Positions 1 to 9,879 of a stretch of DNA of 64,000 nucleotides are shown in pieces (positions within the stretch are counted from its first letter, which is position 1; each line of letters opens with the position of its first letter). The DNA is from Myxococcota bacterium (GTDB taxonomy: Bacteria > Myxococcota_A > UBA796 > GCA-2862545). The translations under genes and the position numbers were made by a program. The notes under the pieces were generated by a model. That model saw only the letters and a list, made by a program, of their open reading frames with translations. It was not told the DNA's origin and made no database searches. The stretch lies in the NCBI GenBank assembly GCA_039208735.1, contig JBCCQY010000027.1, positions 10,915-74,914 on the forward strand, given 5' to 3'.

Positions 1-533
1 CGGCCGATGGACTCGACGAACGGCTCATCCGCGACCATGAGCCGATCGTGGATGGGGCCCACGGCTCCGTCGTATAGCGCAAAGTCGAGTTGCCCCGATG
101 CGACGAACGGCGCGAGTTCGGGGTGGGCGCGCCACCAGGGCAGGTTCTGGTCGGAAAAGTCGGTCATCACGTAGCGAAACGGACGCGTAGGTTCGCCATA
201 GGCCTCTGCGAACTCAAGCAGATGGGTCAGAACGAGAAACGCGAACCGACCCGTACCCGACCCCAGTTCGACGATGTGGACAGGACCTTCGCCCTCGTGG
301 GCCACCGTTTCCACATACTGGAACATGATGCGCGCATAAGCCCTGGCTAAACCGGCGTTCGACGTGATGTAGGATGGAATCCCATGCGTCAACCACGCAC
401 CGACGCCTTCGGCAGCGTAGAACCGTTGATTCAGTGACCAAATCTTCGATTCAGAAAGTCGAACCGGTGGTTCGATACGTCGTCGATCCGGCAGGTCCAC
501 CAACAGGGGGTTGTTGAACCTTGGTTCATCCAT
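1..533 (-). CDS. SAM-dependent methyltransferase, MidA/NDUFAF7-like (partial, runs off window start)
   Basis: Not in ORF track; manual translation from ATG at 533: MDEPRF...SESKIWSLNQRFYAAEGVGAW...IPSYITSNAGLARAYA...HIVELGSGTGRFAF...RYVMTDFS. ExGxGxG SAM motif; start overlaps the stop of the upstream gene. Confidence 0.75.
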   Translation of the reverse strand, partial: MDEPRFNNPLLVDLPDRRRIEPPVRLSESKIWSLNQRFYAAEGVGAWLTHGIPSYITSNAGLARAYARIMFQYVETVAHEGEGPVHIVELGSGTGRFAFLVLTHLLEFAEAYGEPTRPFRYVMTDFSDQNLPWWRAHPELAPFVASGQLDFALYDGAVGPIHDRLMVADEPFVESIG

Positions 534-1056
534 CGGGGTCTTCGCGGCTCGACGTTCGGCGAGCCTCGTCAACGGCGGCCCGGATTCCTCGACCGAGGTC
601 TTCAAAGGCCGCCTTCAGGTCACCGGCGGGCTCGGCTGCACGCTCCCGCCATTGGTCGGTGATCCAACGCACGGACCGTCCGAGCCCCCTCATGAGCGCC
701 TCACGGTCGTTGGCCATTTGCTCGGGAGGCTCGCCGAACACCTCTTCGGGGCTGGGGGGAGGTTTTCGAGGCGCGGTGTCCGTGTCCTGGTACTCGGGGA
801 GGTTTGCGATGGATTCGTCGCGAACGCCGGCGACGAAGCGTCGAGCCACGGCTCCGGCGGCGTTTAGGCCTTCTTGGACTCGCTGCTCGATCCAGACCTG
901 CGCCACGGACGCATCGACTTCGAACGGCACCAACGACTCAAGATCGACGCGATGAAGGCCACCCCCCCACTGTGCCACCTCGACGGGGCCAAGGATCAGG
1001 TCCTTGACGTTGTCGACGATGAACCACCGGCTTCGATCCCTGGTGTGAAGCAGCAT
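526..1056 (-). CDS. hypothetical protein, paralog of the N-terminal domain of 1107..2063
   Basis: From ATG 1056: MLLLHTRDRSRWFIVD...VDLESLVPFEVD...PEEVFG aligns with MILFHTEDRHRWFLVD...VDLEFLAPFEVD...PEEVFG of the neighbour. Confidence 0.7.
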   Translation of the reverse strand: MLLHTRDRSRWFIVDNVKDLILGPVEVAQWGGGLHRVDLESLVPFEVDASVAQVWIEQRVQEGLNAAGAVARRFVAGVRDESIANLPEYQDTDTAPRKPPPSPEEVFGEPPEQMANDREALMRGLGRSVRWITDQWRERAAEPAGDLKAAFEDLGRGIRAAVDEARRTSSREDPDG

Positions 1057-1106
1057 AAGCGGCGCATGTCTAAGGCGTTGTTTGAGTGGCGTCGAGGAGA
1101 CACCTG

Positions 1107-2063
1107 TCACTTCGGTAGAGCACCGTCGCCGGGCGTCGAATCGAAGGGAGGGCGCTGTAGACCGGTGACGTCGATGTCGCCAAGGTCCCATCCCCGGGCC
1201 GCGAGATGACCGAGGAATACAGGGGGTAACGCTACGTTGTAGCGCTCGAGGTAGCCCGGCAGGTCGTCTGGCCAGCAATACAGACCGTCGGTACGGACCG
1301 AAGCCGTTCCGATCGCCTCCGCAGACGATTCGAGAACGTCGGCCACCGGTTCGGTCGAAGCCTCGAGCAGCGGCGCTTGTCGAAGGTACGCCACGATCTG
1401 CGGTTGGTGGGCGAGGGGCAGGAACCGACGGGACTCGACCAGGGAGGGTCCTTCGGGATCGCCGTGGGGGAGTTCCCGAAAAAACCCGACTGGCAGGAGC
1501 TGTGGCGGTTTGGTTTCCGCCGGCTCGGCGGCTCGTCGCGCTAATGCCTCGGCAAAGCGCTTGTCCGCATGTTCACGAACCGCCCGAAGACCTTGGGACA
1601 ACGACTTCAGCAAGTCGCCGGGGTCGGACCGCGACCCGTTGGGTTCAGCGTCGTCGGGCTGCAGCCGAGCGGTAAGCCACTCGAAGGCTTGGCCCACCCC
1701 CTTTCGGAGCTGTTCAGGGTCCCGATACATTTCGCTTGGGCGAACCCCGAAGACCTCTTCTGGGGTCACCGTGGGCCCCTTAGCGACCTCCCGCAGCTCG
1801 GCTGAATCGTTGCGCGTCGCTTTTCTTAGGTGCTTCGAAAACCTCCGAAACGCCTGGCCAGCCTTTCGGAAGCCCCTTCGAATGCGATCGTCGATCCAGG
1901 CTTGACCTGCCGCTTCGTCTACCTCAAACGGGGCTAGGAACTCAAGGTCGACCTCCATCGGCGTTCCTCCGTAACGAACGACGGCGAACGAGCCGGAAGG
2001 AAGCGCTAGGTCTTCGTCAACGAGGAACCATCGATGCCGGTCCTCGGTGTGGAACAGGATCAT
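1107..2063 (-). CDS. two-domain hypothetical protein; C-terminal GFFREL...TDG..WP.DL..Y domain (possible immunity-like)
   Basis: 318-aa ORF; N-half duplicated in next gene; C-half GFFRELPHGDPEGPSL...IVAYLR...DVL...TDGLYCWPDDLPGYLERYNVALP. Confidence 0.7.
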   Translation of the reverse strand: MILFHTEDRHRWFLVDEDLALPSGSFAVVRYGGTPMEVDLEFLAPFEVDEAAGQAWIDDRIRRGFRKAGQAFRRFSKHLRKATRNDSAELREVAKGPTVTPEEVFGVRPSEMYRDPEQLRKGVGQAFEWLTARLQPDDAEPNGSRSDPGDLLKSLSQGLRAVREHADKRFAEALARRAAEPAETKPPQLLPVGFFRELPHGDPEGPSLVESRRFLPLAHQPQIVAYLRQAPLLEASTEPVADVLESSAEAIGTASVRTDGLYCWPDDLPGYLERYNVALPPVFLGHLAARGWDLGDIDVTGLQRPPFDSTPGDGALPK

Positions 2064-2182
2064 CTGGCTGGCCCCTCGCCCCGACTATCACGGCGCCGTA
2101 GGGTTCAGGCGCCAAGCAATCTTTGCATTATTGACATCCACGTGCCAGTCGGTGAATGCTGCCTCCCATTGGAAGGGTCGCG

Positions 2183-5100
2183 ATGCCGTCAGACGACGTG
2201 AAGTCCAGTTCCCGGAATCGCGCAGAGAGCCATCGGTCCTCGCCCAAGCGCCCGTCTCGCACCGAGGGTGTCGATGCGGTCGCTGTGCCGAGCCTCGAAA
2301 CACCGATACGCTCTACCCCCGCTGACGTTGGTAATCGCGTATTCAGCGAAGCGATTGCCGGCGGGCTCGAAGGATTTGGTGAGGTTGTCGCCGGAGAGAC
2401 GCTGTACGGAGCCCTGGGGTTGTCCTCCTCTCCGGAGCGGTCGAACACTGCGATGAACACGAGGTTGTCGGGCCAGGTAATGCGGCGCGCATCGCGTATG
2501 GCACCGAGAACCCCGACCACCTCGCTCGCCCAGCTCCTGGCCTCGAGCCGCGGGTTCCCCATTCCTCCGGCCGTTGCGAGCCGAATGTCGGGTGCGCTCG
2601 GGGTCGACGTCTCGGATGTGGTCTTGCACACCGACGCCTCTGCGGCGGCGGCGGCCCAGTCCATTGGCGCCCTTGCGTTCACCCTTAGGCGCCACATCTT
2701 CTTTGATGCGGGGCGCTATGCCCCTGGCACCGATGCCGGGGACGAGCTGTTGCTGCACGAACTGGTGCACGCCGACCAGTACGCCCGAGGCCTGCTTGAT
2801 TCCGCTTCTGGCGATGGCTTTACGGTGTCCCAACCCACCGACTGGGCCGAGGTCGAAGCCACCCAGGTGAGCCAGACCGCCATGAGCCAGCTCGGCGCCA
2901 TGGGCAGCCCGCACACCGCGATCGACCATGGTCTTGTCGGTGTCGACCCCGTCCCTGCGGAGTCGACGATTCACACCGACGGTCAGCTGATGGGAATGTT
3001 CGGCTGGGTTGGGGGCATCGTCGAGAGCGGACTCCTTGCGGCGGTTCGGGCCCTGTCGCCAGGGTTCGCCGGAATTCTTGAGAATGGGATCGGGCCGCTG
3101 GTGAGCGACCTGTTCCGCGAGGCGCTCAACGTCTTTTTGTCCAAGGTGCTCAATCCATTCGACATCCAAGGGAGATTCGCCGAAGTCAACGCGGAGATTC
3201 ACGCCTTCTTTGGCACCATACAGGGTGTTCTCGAAGGGGAGCCCGGGTGTTGCGAGACGTTCCAGAATTGGCTCGACACCGTGCAGGGGTTCATGGCGGA
3301 CCTGTCCCAGGAACCGGTCGTGCGTTCGCTGCTCGATATGGTCGAAGGGTTCGGGGGCGTCGTGGACATGTTCCGCGAGTTTCTCGGTGGCGCCCCTGGT
3401 TTCTTTGACGAACTCCTCGCAGAAGCGAGCGACGAATGGAACGACCTGCTGCGTTTGGTCAACATCGGGCGCAACATCGCGGGTTGGATTTGGGAGGGCA
3501 TCTGCGGCCTGATCGGCATTGATCCCGACCAGGGCAGCATCGTGGATTGGCTCATCAGCGAAGTGCGGTCCTGGTTCTCGAGTTCCATGGATGACGAGGG
3601 GCCAAGCCTCTTCAGTCGCGTGATGTCCTTCGGGTCGACGGTCATCAACATGACGCCGATCGGGTCTCTGCTCGACATCTTCGGAGCGCTGAAGGGGGTG
3701 TGGGACGGGGCGCAGTTCCTTTGGAACAACTGGAATTCCCCCACCCTCATCGAAGATGCGTCGGCCACGAGCCCGGCCCTCGGCATCTTCGCGGAGGGCC
3801 TGAAGGACGCCGCCGCCTCGGCGGATGAGTTCGGCGCTTGGGTATCGGACTATTTCCCGACGGCCCTCGCGAACATCAACGAGTCACTCAACGGGCTCGG
3901 CGATGGGTGGCTTGCGTACGGAGCGAAGCTGCTCCTCACCCCGATGCTCGTGCCCCTACAGCTCGGAACCGACTTCGCCATCTGGTACGCGCAAGGCGGA
4001 GACGGGGTCATGGCCAAGTGGGCCGCCGACGCTTGGGAGCACATCGAACCCTTCACGGAGGTTCTCGGCTTCCTGGTCATGCTGGCCGCCTCTGCGACGA
4101 CGGGGATCGGCATGATCCCCGTGATTTTCGCCGGCGTGTGGCGGCTGTTGCCCGACTGTCAGAAGCCGGCCATGCTCGACTTCATTTTGGATGTCCTGAC
4201 CGGCGCTGTCGGCTTGCTGGGCAGCATTCCTCTCGTCGATTTGCTGGCCACGGGGTTGATCGGGTTGTTGGAGGCCATTCGGGGCCAATCCGACGAAGAC
4301 AAGGTGTTGATCACGAACAACCTGGCCAAGATCCTGACCGGTAGCCCGCAGTTCATCGTCGGTCTGGTGTCGGGGCTCGGCGTGGGCATGTTCGATGGGG
4401 TCAAGGACACCGTCTCGATGCTGTGGATGGTGCTTGACGGCGTGATGACCCTCGTAAGCGGGGCCGCATCGCTGCTCGATACGGTGCGGGACTACGAGGC
4501 AGCGGACGTCGGCGCGGACACGGGCGCCGAGGCGGCAGAAGAACTCGTCCCTACTCCCGACCTCACCGAATACCTGACGAATCTCGGTGAACGGGTGCGG
4601 CCGCCGATCGCGTCGATCGGGCAAGACTTTACGCCGGCATTCCAGGCGATTTTCGGAGGGGGTGACGAGGCTCAGGTCACCTCGATTGAGGGACTCGCGG
4701 AGCGCATGGGGTCGATGTGGCAGTCGGCCAAAGAGGCGGTTGCCCAAGGCGGTACGCTGATCGGGCAGAAACTGTGCGAAATGCTCGTTGCGCCGGATGT
4801 GGGGTACCAGGTTGGGTATGTGGCTGGCTACGTAGGGGGCGTGCTCGCGGTCGAGGCCTTGATCGCCTTCCTCACGGCGGGTGCCTTTGTGGCCCTGAAG
4901 GCCATTGGCGGTGCGCTGGTCCGATTTGGAACGAATGCGTTCAAGGCGTTCAAGGCATTTGGCAAGCTGGTGCTCGAGCGGCTGATGCCGATGTTGCAGC
5001 GAATCGGAAGCTCCCCACCGATGCGTCGCCTCATGGGTTCGCTGCGCGAGCTTGCCGACCGGTTGATTCGGGCGTCGGACGACCTCATGGACATCGTGAT

Positions 5101-7453
5101 GCGAGGCCGGCGACGAGGGCGTGCCGCCTCGGCCCCCGCCCCGCGTCCCCGCACCACCCCTGGGGCCTCCACGCCTCGCACGGCGGGCGCGGCAAAGCGA
5201 GGCACACGAGGTCAGAAGCGGCGCGATCGCGACCGTGACGAGGGGCCGGTCGCCCTGCGGAGCAAGGCCCAGACAGCCTCCACCCGAGCCTGGCGAAAGG
5301 CTCGCAAGCGCACGGGCAAACGTTTGGTCCGTCGGGCCGCGCTCGAGAGCATCGTCAAGAAGCTCGGCGGCGTTCGCGGAGGGGTGAGGTTGCGGCTCGA
5401 GGTGGTTGAGGTCCGCAGCCGGTGGCACGTCAAGGCCACGGCCAGCCGAGGGACGAAGCGAGCCATCGCCACCGCTGGCCTTGGCTGGATCGCCCGGAGC
5501 CAGTCGGGCGAACGGTGGTATTGCGCCGACGACATGGGGCCGTTCAACGAAGCCCTCATCGACAGCACTTTCGCTCAGCTCCGCCGCTCGGATTCGGACG
5601 GGCAGGATGACTCGTTGCGCGCGGCCTACAACGAAAAGGTCAAGGAGGCCAAACGGCTCGAACGAAAGGGCCAACGCCGGCTCGATCAGAAGGTTCGTGG
5701 CCTCGAGATGGACATCAAGATGGAGCCGTTTTCCGGTGTTGAGCGCGACAAGAAGATTCGAACCAAGATTCGCATCGCGCCCAACACGACCGAAGAAGAT
5801 GCCGATGTGGAACTCAACCTCCACAAATTCTGGAAGCGGTTTAAGATCAAGACCCCTACGTCAAGGTCCAAGGTTTTCGAGGCCAAGAGCAAGGGACTAC
5901 GCCGCGAGGAGAACTTCCCGAGCCTCGGTACGCCTCCCATGCTCGGCAAAGGCGAAACCTTGCCGGCCTTCGTCGTCAACACGGCGACGACGCCTGGGGA
6001 AGTCGAAGGAAACATGGCGAGCCGGTATTTCGGTCCGGCGTGGTCCGGGGCGGGGCAGGACTACGAGGAAGCCGCTATCTTCCGCACCGCCGTCGTCGTG
6101 GGGGTGAACAAGTTCGTCGCCATCAGTGAAGACACGACGCGGGAGCGGGTCGAAGAAGTCAACCAAGCGATCTCAAAGATCAATACCAACACGAACTGGA
6201 CGTATTCGTTCTTCGGGTTTCTTTGGGAGCCCCATTGGTACGAGAAGGGCTCGAAGCGCAGAGTCGCATACATCCGCCAGGAGTATAAGAAGGCCTACAA
6301 CGCGGCAGATGCGAAGGAACGAGGTGAACTCGAAGACGGAAGGAAGGCCCGGGAGAAGGTCAGTGCCAAGACGCTGCCGTACGGTGATTTCCGCAATACC
6401 GTGATGGAGTCGAAGCCCACCAAGAAGGCGGTAAACCGGCTGTCTCAACACTACGATCCGGTGCATGCGTTGCTTCAGGATGCCGACAGCCGCATTCAGG
6501 CCCAGTCGGGAAGTGGCGTGCTTGCCGCTTACGACGACATCTTGAAGAAAATGGATCGGCACCCGCTCGTCACCATCGGCATGTACCGCGTCAAGGGGTT
6601 TGATTGGAGTAAGAAGGGCGACCCTCACCGCCTTCAGCTCACCAAGCTTGGCAACCAACTCGACCAGGCCATTCGCAAAGCGATCGCCAAGATCGCCCCT
6701 GAGATTCTGTACCCAACCGAGCCGAACTCGCTCGTGAAGTTGACGGACAAGACGCACGGTGACGGCGTTCTCGACCGTAAGCCTTTGCAGAAGGATCTGT
6801 TTGGGCACCGCGAGACGGAAGGACAGGTCGCCGGGCGCAACATCCGAGCCGAGAACCGAGTACATTCCAACGTCCACCCTGATCCGGTCGCGTACCGGCC
6901 TGACGCCAGCATCGAGCAGGACACGAAACCCGGCCTGCCCGACGAGCGGGGCTTGACCGTGAGTCAGGAGCAGGTGTGGGCCGCTTCGGAGGGGAAGCTG
7001 AAGCGCGGAGATCGCCTGTTGCCCATGGAGCCAGCCGACCGCAAACATCCCCTGACGGCGATCACCACTCAGTCGCAGACCTACGCTGACCCTCGCGGTC
7101 TCACGCGCGAAACCTGGAAGGCGGATCTGCCACCGGCGGATGCCGACGAGGATGCCGAAAAACAAGATCTGCGGGAGATCTACGACCAGGTCGAGCGGTT
7201 GTGCCGTGTCCTGGTGGACAGTCCGAGCATTGAAAAAGCGGCGGGCGAGGTCGAGCGAATCGAGGAGCAGGTGCGCGCGTCCGTCGCGAAGTTGACCGGC
7301 CAATATGCCTCGAATCAACGGATGGCTGGACTGATCCGACTTGCCGGCGACGTCGTCCAGAGTATCATCACGTCGCTCACGGCACCGGAACTCCAGCAGC
7401 TGTGGGATGATCTTCGAAAGACGCTCGACGACGTCATGGCCGCGAAGCCCTGA
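2183..7453 (+). CDS. DUF4157 (eCIS core) domain polymorphic-toxin-like protein with uncharacterised C-terminal domain
   Basis: N-terminal GFPIPPAVASRMSGALGVDVSDVVLHTD...ALAFT...IFF...DELLLHELVHADQ (HExxH DUF4157 signature); long hydrophobic helical middle; R/K-rich linker; globular C-terminus. ATG 2183 chosen; ORF open from 2156. Confidence 0.85.
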   Translation: MPSDDVKSSSRNRAESHRSSPKRPSRTEGVDAVAVPSLETPIRSTPADVGNRVFSEAIAGGLEGFGEVVAGETLYGALGLSSSPERSNTAMNTRLSGQVMRRASRMAPRTPTTSLAQLLASSRGFPIPPAVASRMSGALGVDVSDVVLHTDASAAAAAQSIGALAFTLRRHIFFDAGRYAPGTDAGDELLLHELVHADQYARGLLDSASGDGFTVSQPTDWAEVEATQVSQTAMSQLGAMGSPHTAIDHGLVGVDPVPAESTIHTDGQLMGMFGWVGGIVESGLLAAVRALSPGFAGILENGIGPLVSDLFREALNVFLSKVLNPFDIQGRFAEVNAEIHAFFGTIQGVLEGEPGCCETFQNWLDTVQGFMADLSQEPVVRSLLDMVEGFGGVVDMFREFLGGAPGFFDELLAEASDEWNDLLRLVNIGRNIAGWIWEGICGLIGIDPDQGSIVDWLISEVRSWFSSSMDDEGPSLFSRVMSFGSTVINMTPIGSLLDIFGALKGVWDGAQFLWNNWNSPTLIEDASATSPALGIFAEGLKDAAASADEFGAWVSDYFPTALANINESLNGLGDGWLAYGAKLLLTPMLVPLQLGTDFAIWYAQGGDGVMAKWAADAWEHIEPFTEVLGFLVMLAASATTGIGMIPVIFAGVWRLLPDCQKPAMLDFILDVLTGAVGLLGSIPLVDLLATGLIGLLEAIRGQSDEDKVLITNNLAKILTGSPQFIVGLVSGLGVGMFDGVKDTVSMLWMVLDGVMTLVSGAASLLDTVRDYEAADVGADTGAEAAEELVPTPDLTEYLTNLGERVRPPIASIGQDFTPAFQAIFGGGDEAQVTSIEGLAERMGSMWQSAKEAVAQGGTLIGQKLCEMLVAPDVGYQVGYVAGYVGGVLAVEALIAFLTAGAFVALKAIGGALVRFGTNAFKAFKAFGKLVLERLMPMLQRIGSSPPMRRLMGSLRELADRLIRASDDLMDIVMRGRRRGRAASAPAPRPRTTPGASTPRTAGAAKRGTRGQKRRDRDRDEGPVALRSKAQTASTRAWRKARKRTGKRLVRRAALESIVKKLGGVRGGVRLRLEVVEVRSRWHVKATASRGTKRAIATAGLGWIARSQSGERWYCADDMGPFNEALIDSTFAQLRRSDSDGQDDSLRAAYNEKVKEAKRLERKGQRRLDQKVRGLEMDIKMEPFSGVERDKKIRTKIRIAPNTTEEDADVELNLHKFWKRFKIKTPTSRSKVFEAKSKGLRREENFPSLGTPPMLGKGETLPAFVVNTATTPGEVEGNMASRYFGPAWSGAGQDYEEAAIFRTAVVVGVNKFVAISEDTTRERVEEVNQAISKINTNTNWTYSFFGFLWEPHWYEKGSKRRVAYIRQEYKKAYNAADAKERGELEDGRKAREKVSAKTLPYGDFRNTVMESKPTKKAVNRLSQHYDPVHALLQDADSRIQAQSGSGVLAAYDDILKKMDRHPLVTIGMYRVKGFDWSKKGDPHRLQLTKLGNQLDQAIRKAIAKIAPEILYPTEPNSLVKLTDKTHGDGVLDRKPLQKDLFGHRETEGQVAGRNIRAENRVHSNVHPDPVAYRPDASIEQDTKPGLPDERGLTVSQEQVWAASEGKLKRGDRLLPMEPADRKHPLTAITTQSQTYADPRGLTRETWKADLPPADADEDAEKQDLREIYDQVERLCRVLVDSPSIEKAAGEVERIEEQVRASVAKLTGQYASNQRMAGLIRLAGDVVQSIITSLTAPELQQLWDDLRKTLDDVMAAKP

Positions 7454-7470
7454 CCCCGCGTCGGTAGCCC

Positions 7471-8112
7471 ATGGTGAGGCGCATGAGTGAAGAAGAACTC
7501 GCACAACGCGTGGCATCGACAGACCGCCACGACTTTGACGCCATGGTGGAGCTTGTCGAGGCCCTCGCCAAGGCGGGGCGAAGCCGACGGCAAGCGCTCG
7601 ATGAAGCGTATGGAGCCACGTTCCCCGACGAATTCTTCGCCATCGCCAAGGCCCGAACCCGCGACCGAGCGCCGCGCGGTCGTTATTCGAACCTGCCGTG
7701 GCAGCTCGTTGCGGACGCCCCCAGGCACGACGCTACGTTTCCCCAGGGCCTCGAGGATGCAGCACGGAGCGTCGACCCTGACCTGATCCCGCTGCTGATG
7801 ATTGGGGGCATCGACTACGTGTATGGGGGGAGCTTGCTCTGCTATCGCCTCGACGAGCTTCGCGACGGGCGATCCACCCTGTTCGGATTCCACTACAAGT
7901 CCATTCCCCCGTACTCGGAGGCGACCAAGTACGGCGAATCACTCATTGCGGTGCTGCTCGACCATTGCCGCGACGAGTACGGGGGGCTGGAGAGCGAGAT
8001 CGATGTCCCTTACCGACGGGCGGCGGGTGCGGCGGACGCCTCCGATCTCGAGCGGTCCCACGACCGACTCGCACGCGTTGAAGCCATCTATCGGTCGTTG
8101 ACCCGTTCGTAG
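7471..8112 (+). CDS. hypothetical protein, candidate cognate immunity protein
   Basis: 213 aa, 17 bp after toxin-like gene; YGATFPDEFF...PW...DPDLIPLL...GG..LCYRLDEL...GESLIAVL pattern loosely recalls SUKH/DUF2228-type proteins. Confidence 0.6.
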   Translation: MVRRMSEEELAQRVASTDRHDFDAMVELVEALAKAGRSRRQALDEAYGATFPDEFFAIAKARTRDRAPRGRYSNLPWQLVADAPRHDATFPQGLEDAARSVDPDLIPLLMIGGIDYVYGGSLLCYRLDELRDGRSTLFGFHYKSIPPYSEATKYGESLIAVLLDHCRDEYGGLESEIDVPYRRAAGAADASDLERSHDRLARVEAIYRSLTRS

Positions 8113-8153
8113 GAAGCCGCGGCGGGTGCCGTTATTCGCTACGGATCTTCAAG

Positions 8154-8663
8154 TCACCGCAGATAGAGATTTAGCGTCAAGCCTGACGTGAACGTGCCGA
8201 GGGCAGGGCTCCGTCCGGTGCCGCGGATCAGGTCGACGGCAAGGCCCACGTGACCGGCAATCGAGAGTTCGTCGATCAACCAGACCTCACCACCGAGCCC
8301 TCCCGCTACGCGGAGCCGGCCGTCGAACCCGGCTGCTTCGTTGTCGGAAATCGCCAAGCGCGCCTCTCCGAGGACAAAGGGCGCGACCCGTCCGTCTTCG
8401 TTCAGGTACACTCGCACCGCCGGAACCAACGCCAGATCGAGGGGTTGGTCATCTTCCGGGTCGAGTCCAAATCCTACATTGATCCCTAGATTCACGCGGT
8501 CACTGACCATCCCCCAAACCCCAGCCGCAGCGTCGAGGGTGTCGTTTCCTCCACCTGGCAGTCCAAATGACAAAGACAGGTCTCCCGCTGAAGGGCGGTC
8601 TTGATCGGCCGCTGCGGCGGGAACGGACCATAGTAGGGCGATTAGACAAGCGAGTCGCGTCAC
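8154..8663 (-). CDS. outer membrane beta-barrel protein
   Basis: GTG 8663 with GGAG RBS; signal peptide ...VPAAAA; alternating amphipathic strands; ends GLTLNLYLR. Confidence 0.7.
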   Translation of the reverse strand: MTRLACLIALLWSVPAAAADQDRPSAGDLSLSFGLPGGGNDTLDAAAGVWGMVSDRVNLGINVGFGLDPEDDQPLDLALVPAVRVYLNEDGRVAPFVLGEARLAISDNEAAGFDGRLRVAGGLGGEVWLIDELSIAGHVGLAVDLIRGTGRSPALGTFTSGLTLNLYLR

Positions 8664-8893
8664 GAGGTCTCCATTGTCATGGGGGGCGTCGGCCCCCCTC
8701 GGATTTCCATGGTGGAACGCGGACCGGATCTGACGCATAAAGCAGTGCTGCAGTTGTTCTTCGAGGGCGCCCGAAGGTATCTAAACCGTTGCGGACAGCC
8801 CGAGACAGCGCCTCGGGTCCTTCGTGTACGCCGTTCAGCCGACCGCGCCGTACAGCGCGACGAGGGCGTCCAGATCGATGTTCGAGCCGATCT

Positions 8894-9655
8894 CTAGCGT
8901 CGCTGCCATGTACGCTTCCGAATCGTCGCCAGCCACTGCTCGCCGTGCGGCATACCACTGTCGCCTACCGTGCGACGAAGCTGGTCTTGGTCGTAGGGAA
9001 CCCGCCGAAGGTCGATGCTGGTGAGCCCGGCATCCGAAGTCACCATGGCGTACTCGGCCCAGGGCAACACCACCGGAGGGCGGTGGCCGTCGATCGGTTC
9101 CAGAAAGGGCATGCCCACGCTCCCCACGTTCACGATCACGGTGTCATCGACCCGCCGACACAGCTGGACATGCGTGTGACCGCATGCGAGGACATCGTGC
9201 TGTCGCCCAGCCATCCAAGCTCGAAGTTGAGTTTGGGGGGTCGAGGGGAGCACGGAATCGGTCGTCGACCAGGGTGAACCGTGCACACACCACACAGACG
9301 CGCCATCGAGTTCGATCACGGCCTCCGCGGGGAGCGCACTGAGCCAGGGCCGCAGGGGTGGGGCAAGCTGGTCGCGCGTCCATGCCGCGAGGTCCGCTAG
9401 GAATTCGGTTTGGGGCGACTCGTCCAGGGGGTCGTGGTTACCCCCAATGATGACGTCACAACGTGCTCGCAGTCGCTCCACGGTGGCGACGGGTCGTGGA
9501 CCAACGTCGACCATGTCGCCCAGGCACACGATTCTGTCGGCCCCGATGCGGTCGATATCCGCGAGCACTGCATCCAGCGCGTCGAGGTTGGCATGGATGT
9601 CCGAGACGATGGCCAGTCGCTCGCTCAAGGCATGTGGCCCACAACCTGGCTGCAT
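8894..9655 (-). CDS. metallophosphoesterase family protein (YfcE/MJ0936-like)
   Basis: SDIHAN, CLGDMVDVGP, GNHD, VHGSP, GHTH, NVGSVG motifs. Confidence 0.9.
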   Translation of the reverse strand: MQPGCGPHALSERLAIVSDIHANLDALDAVLADIDRIGADRIVCLGDMVDVGPRPVATVERLRARCDVIIGGNHDPLDESPQTEFLADLAAWTRDQLAPPLRPWLSALPAEAVIELDGASVWCVHGSPWSTTDSVLPSTPQTQLRAWMAGRQHDVLACGHTHVQLCRRVDDTVIVNVGSVGMPFLEPIDGHRPPVVLPWAEYAMVTSDAGLTSIDLRRVPYDQDQLRRTVGDSGMPHGEQWLATIRKRTWQRR

Positions 9656-9879
9656 TCTAGCAAACTCGGGTCCTCACCCAGGTGTCGTACCACATGCACC
9701 CGCCGGGCGCGGTAAAGGATGCGATTTCGTTGCATGCACGACGAGGGAGTAGGGCCCACGCGAGTCGCCGTCCCGTCGGACTCCGTTCGACGCCAGGTAA
9801 GGCACCGTCACGGGCTTACCTTTGAGCGGAAAGGTGAATCTCGGTCCTCCATGGTGCACGAAGTGGGTTGGAGGACGTG

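Noticed and set aside
2131..2160. Sigma70 promoter at TTGACA
   Set aside because: No convincing -10 element at the right spacing.
3956..7516. Long antisense ORFs (622 aa, 447 aa) and similar shadow ORFs across the window
   Set aside because: Expected opposite real genes in high-GC DNA; no motifs.
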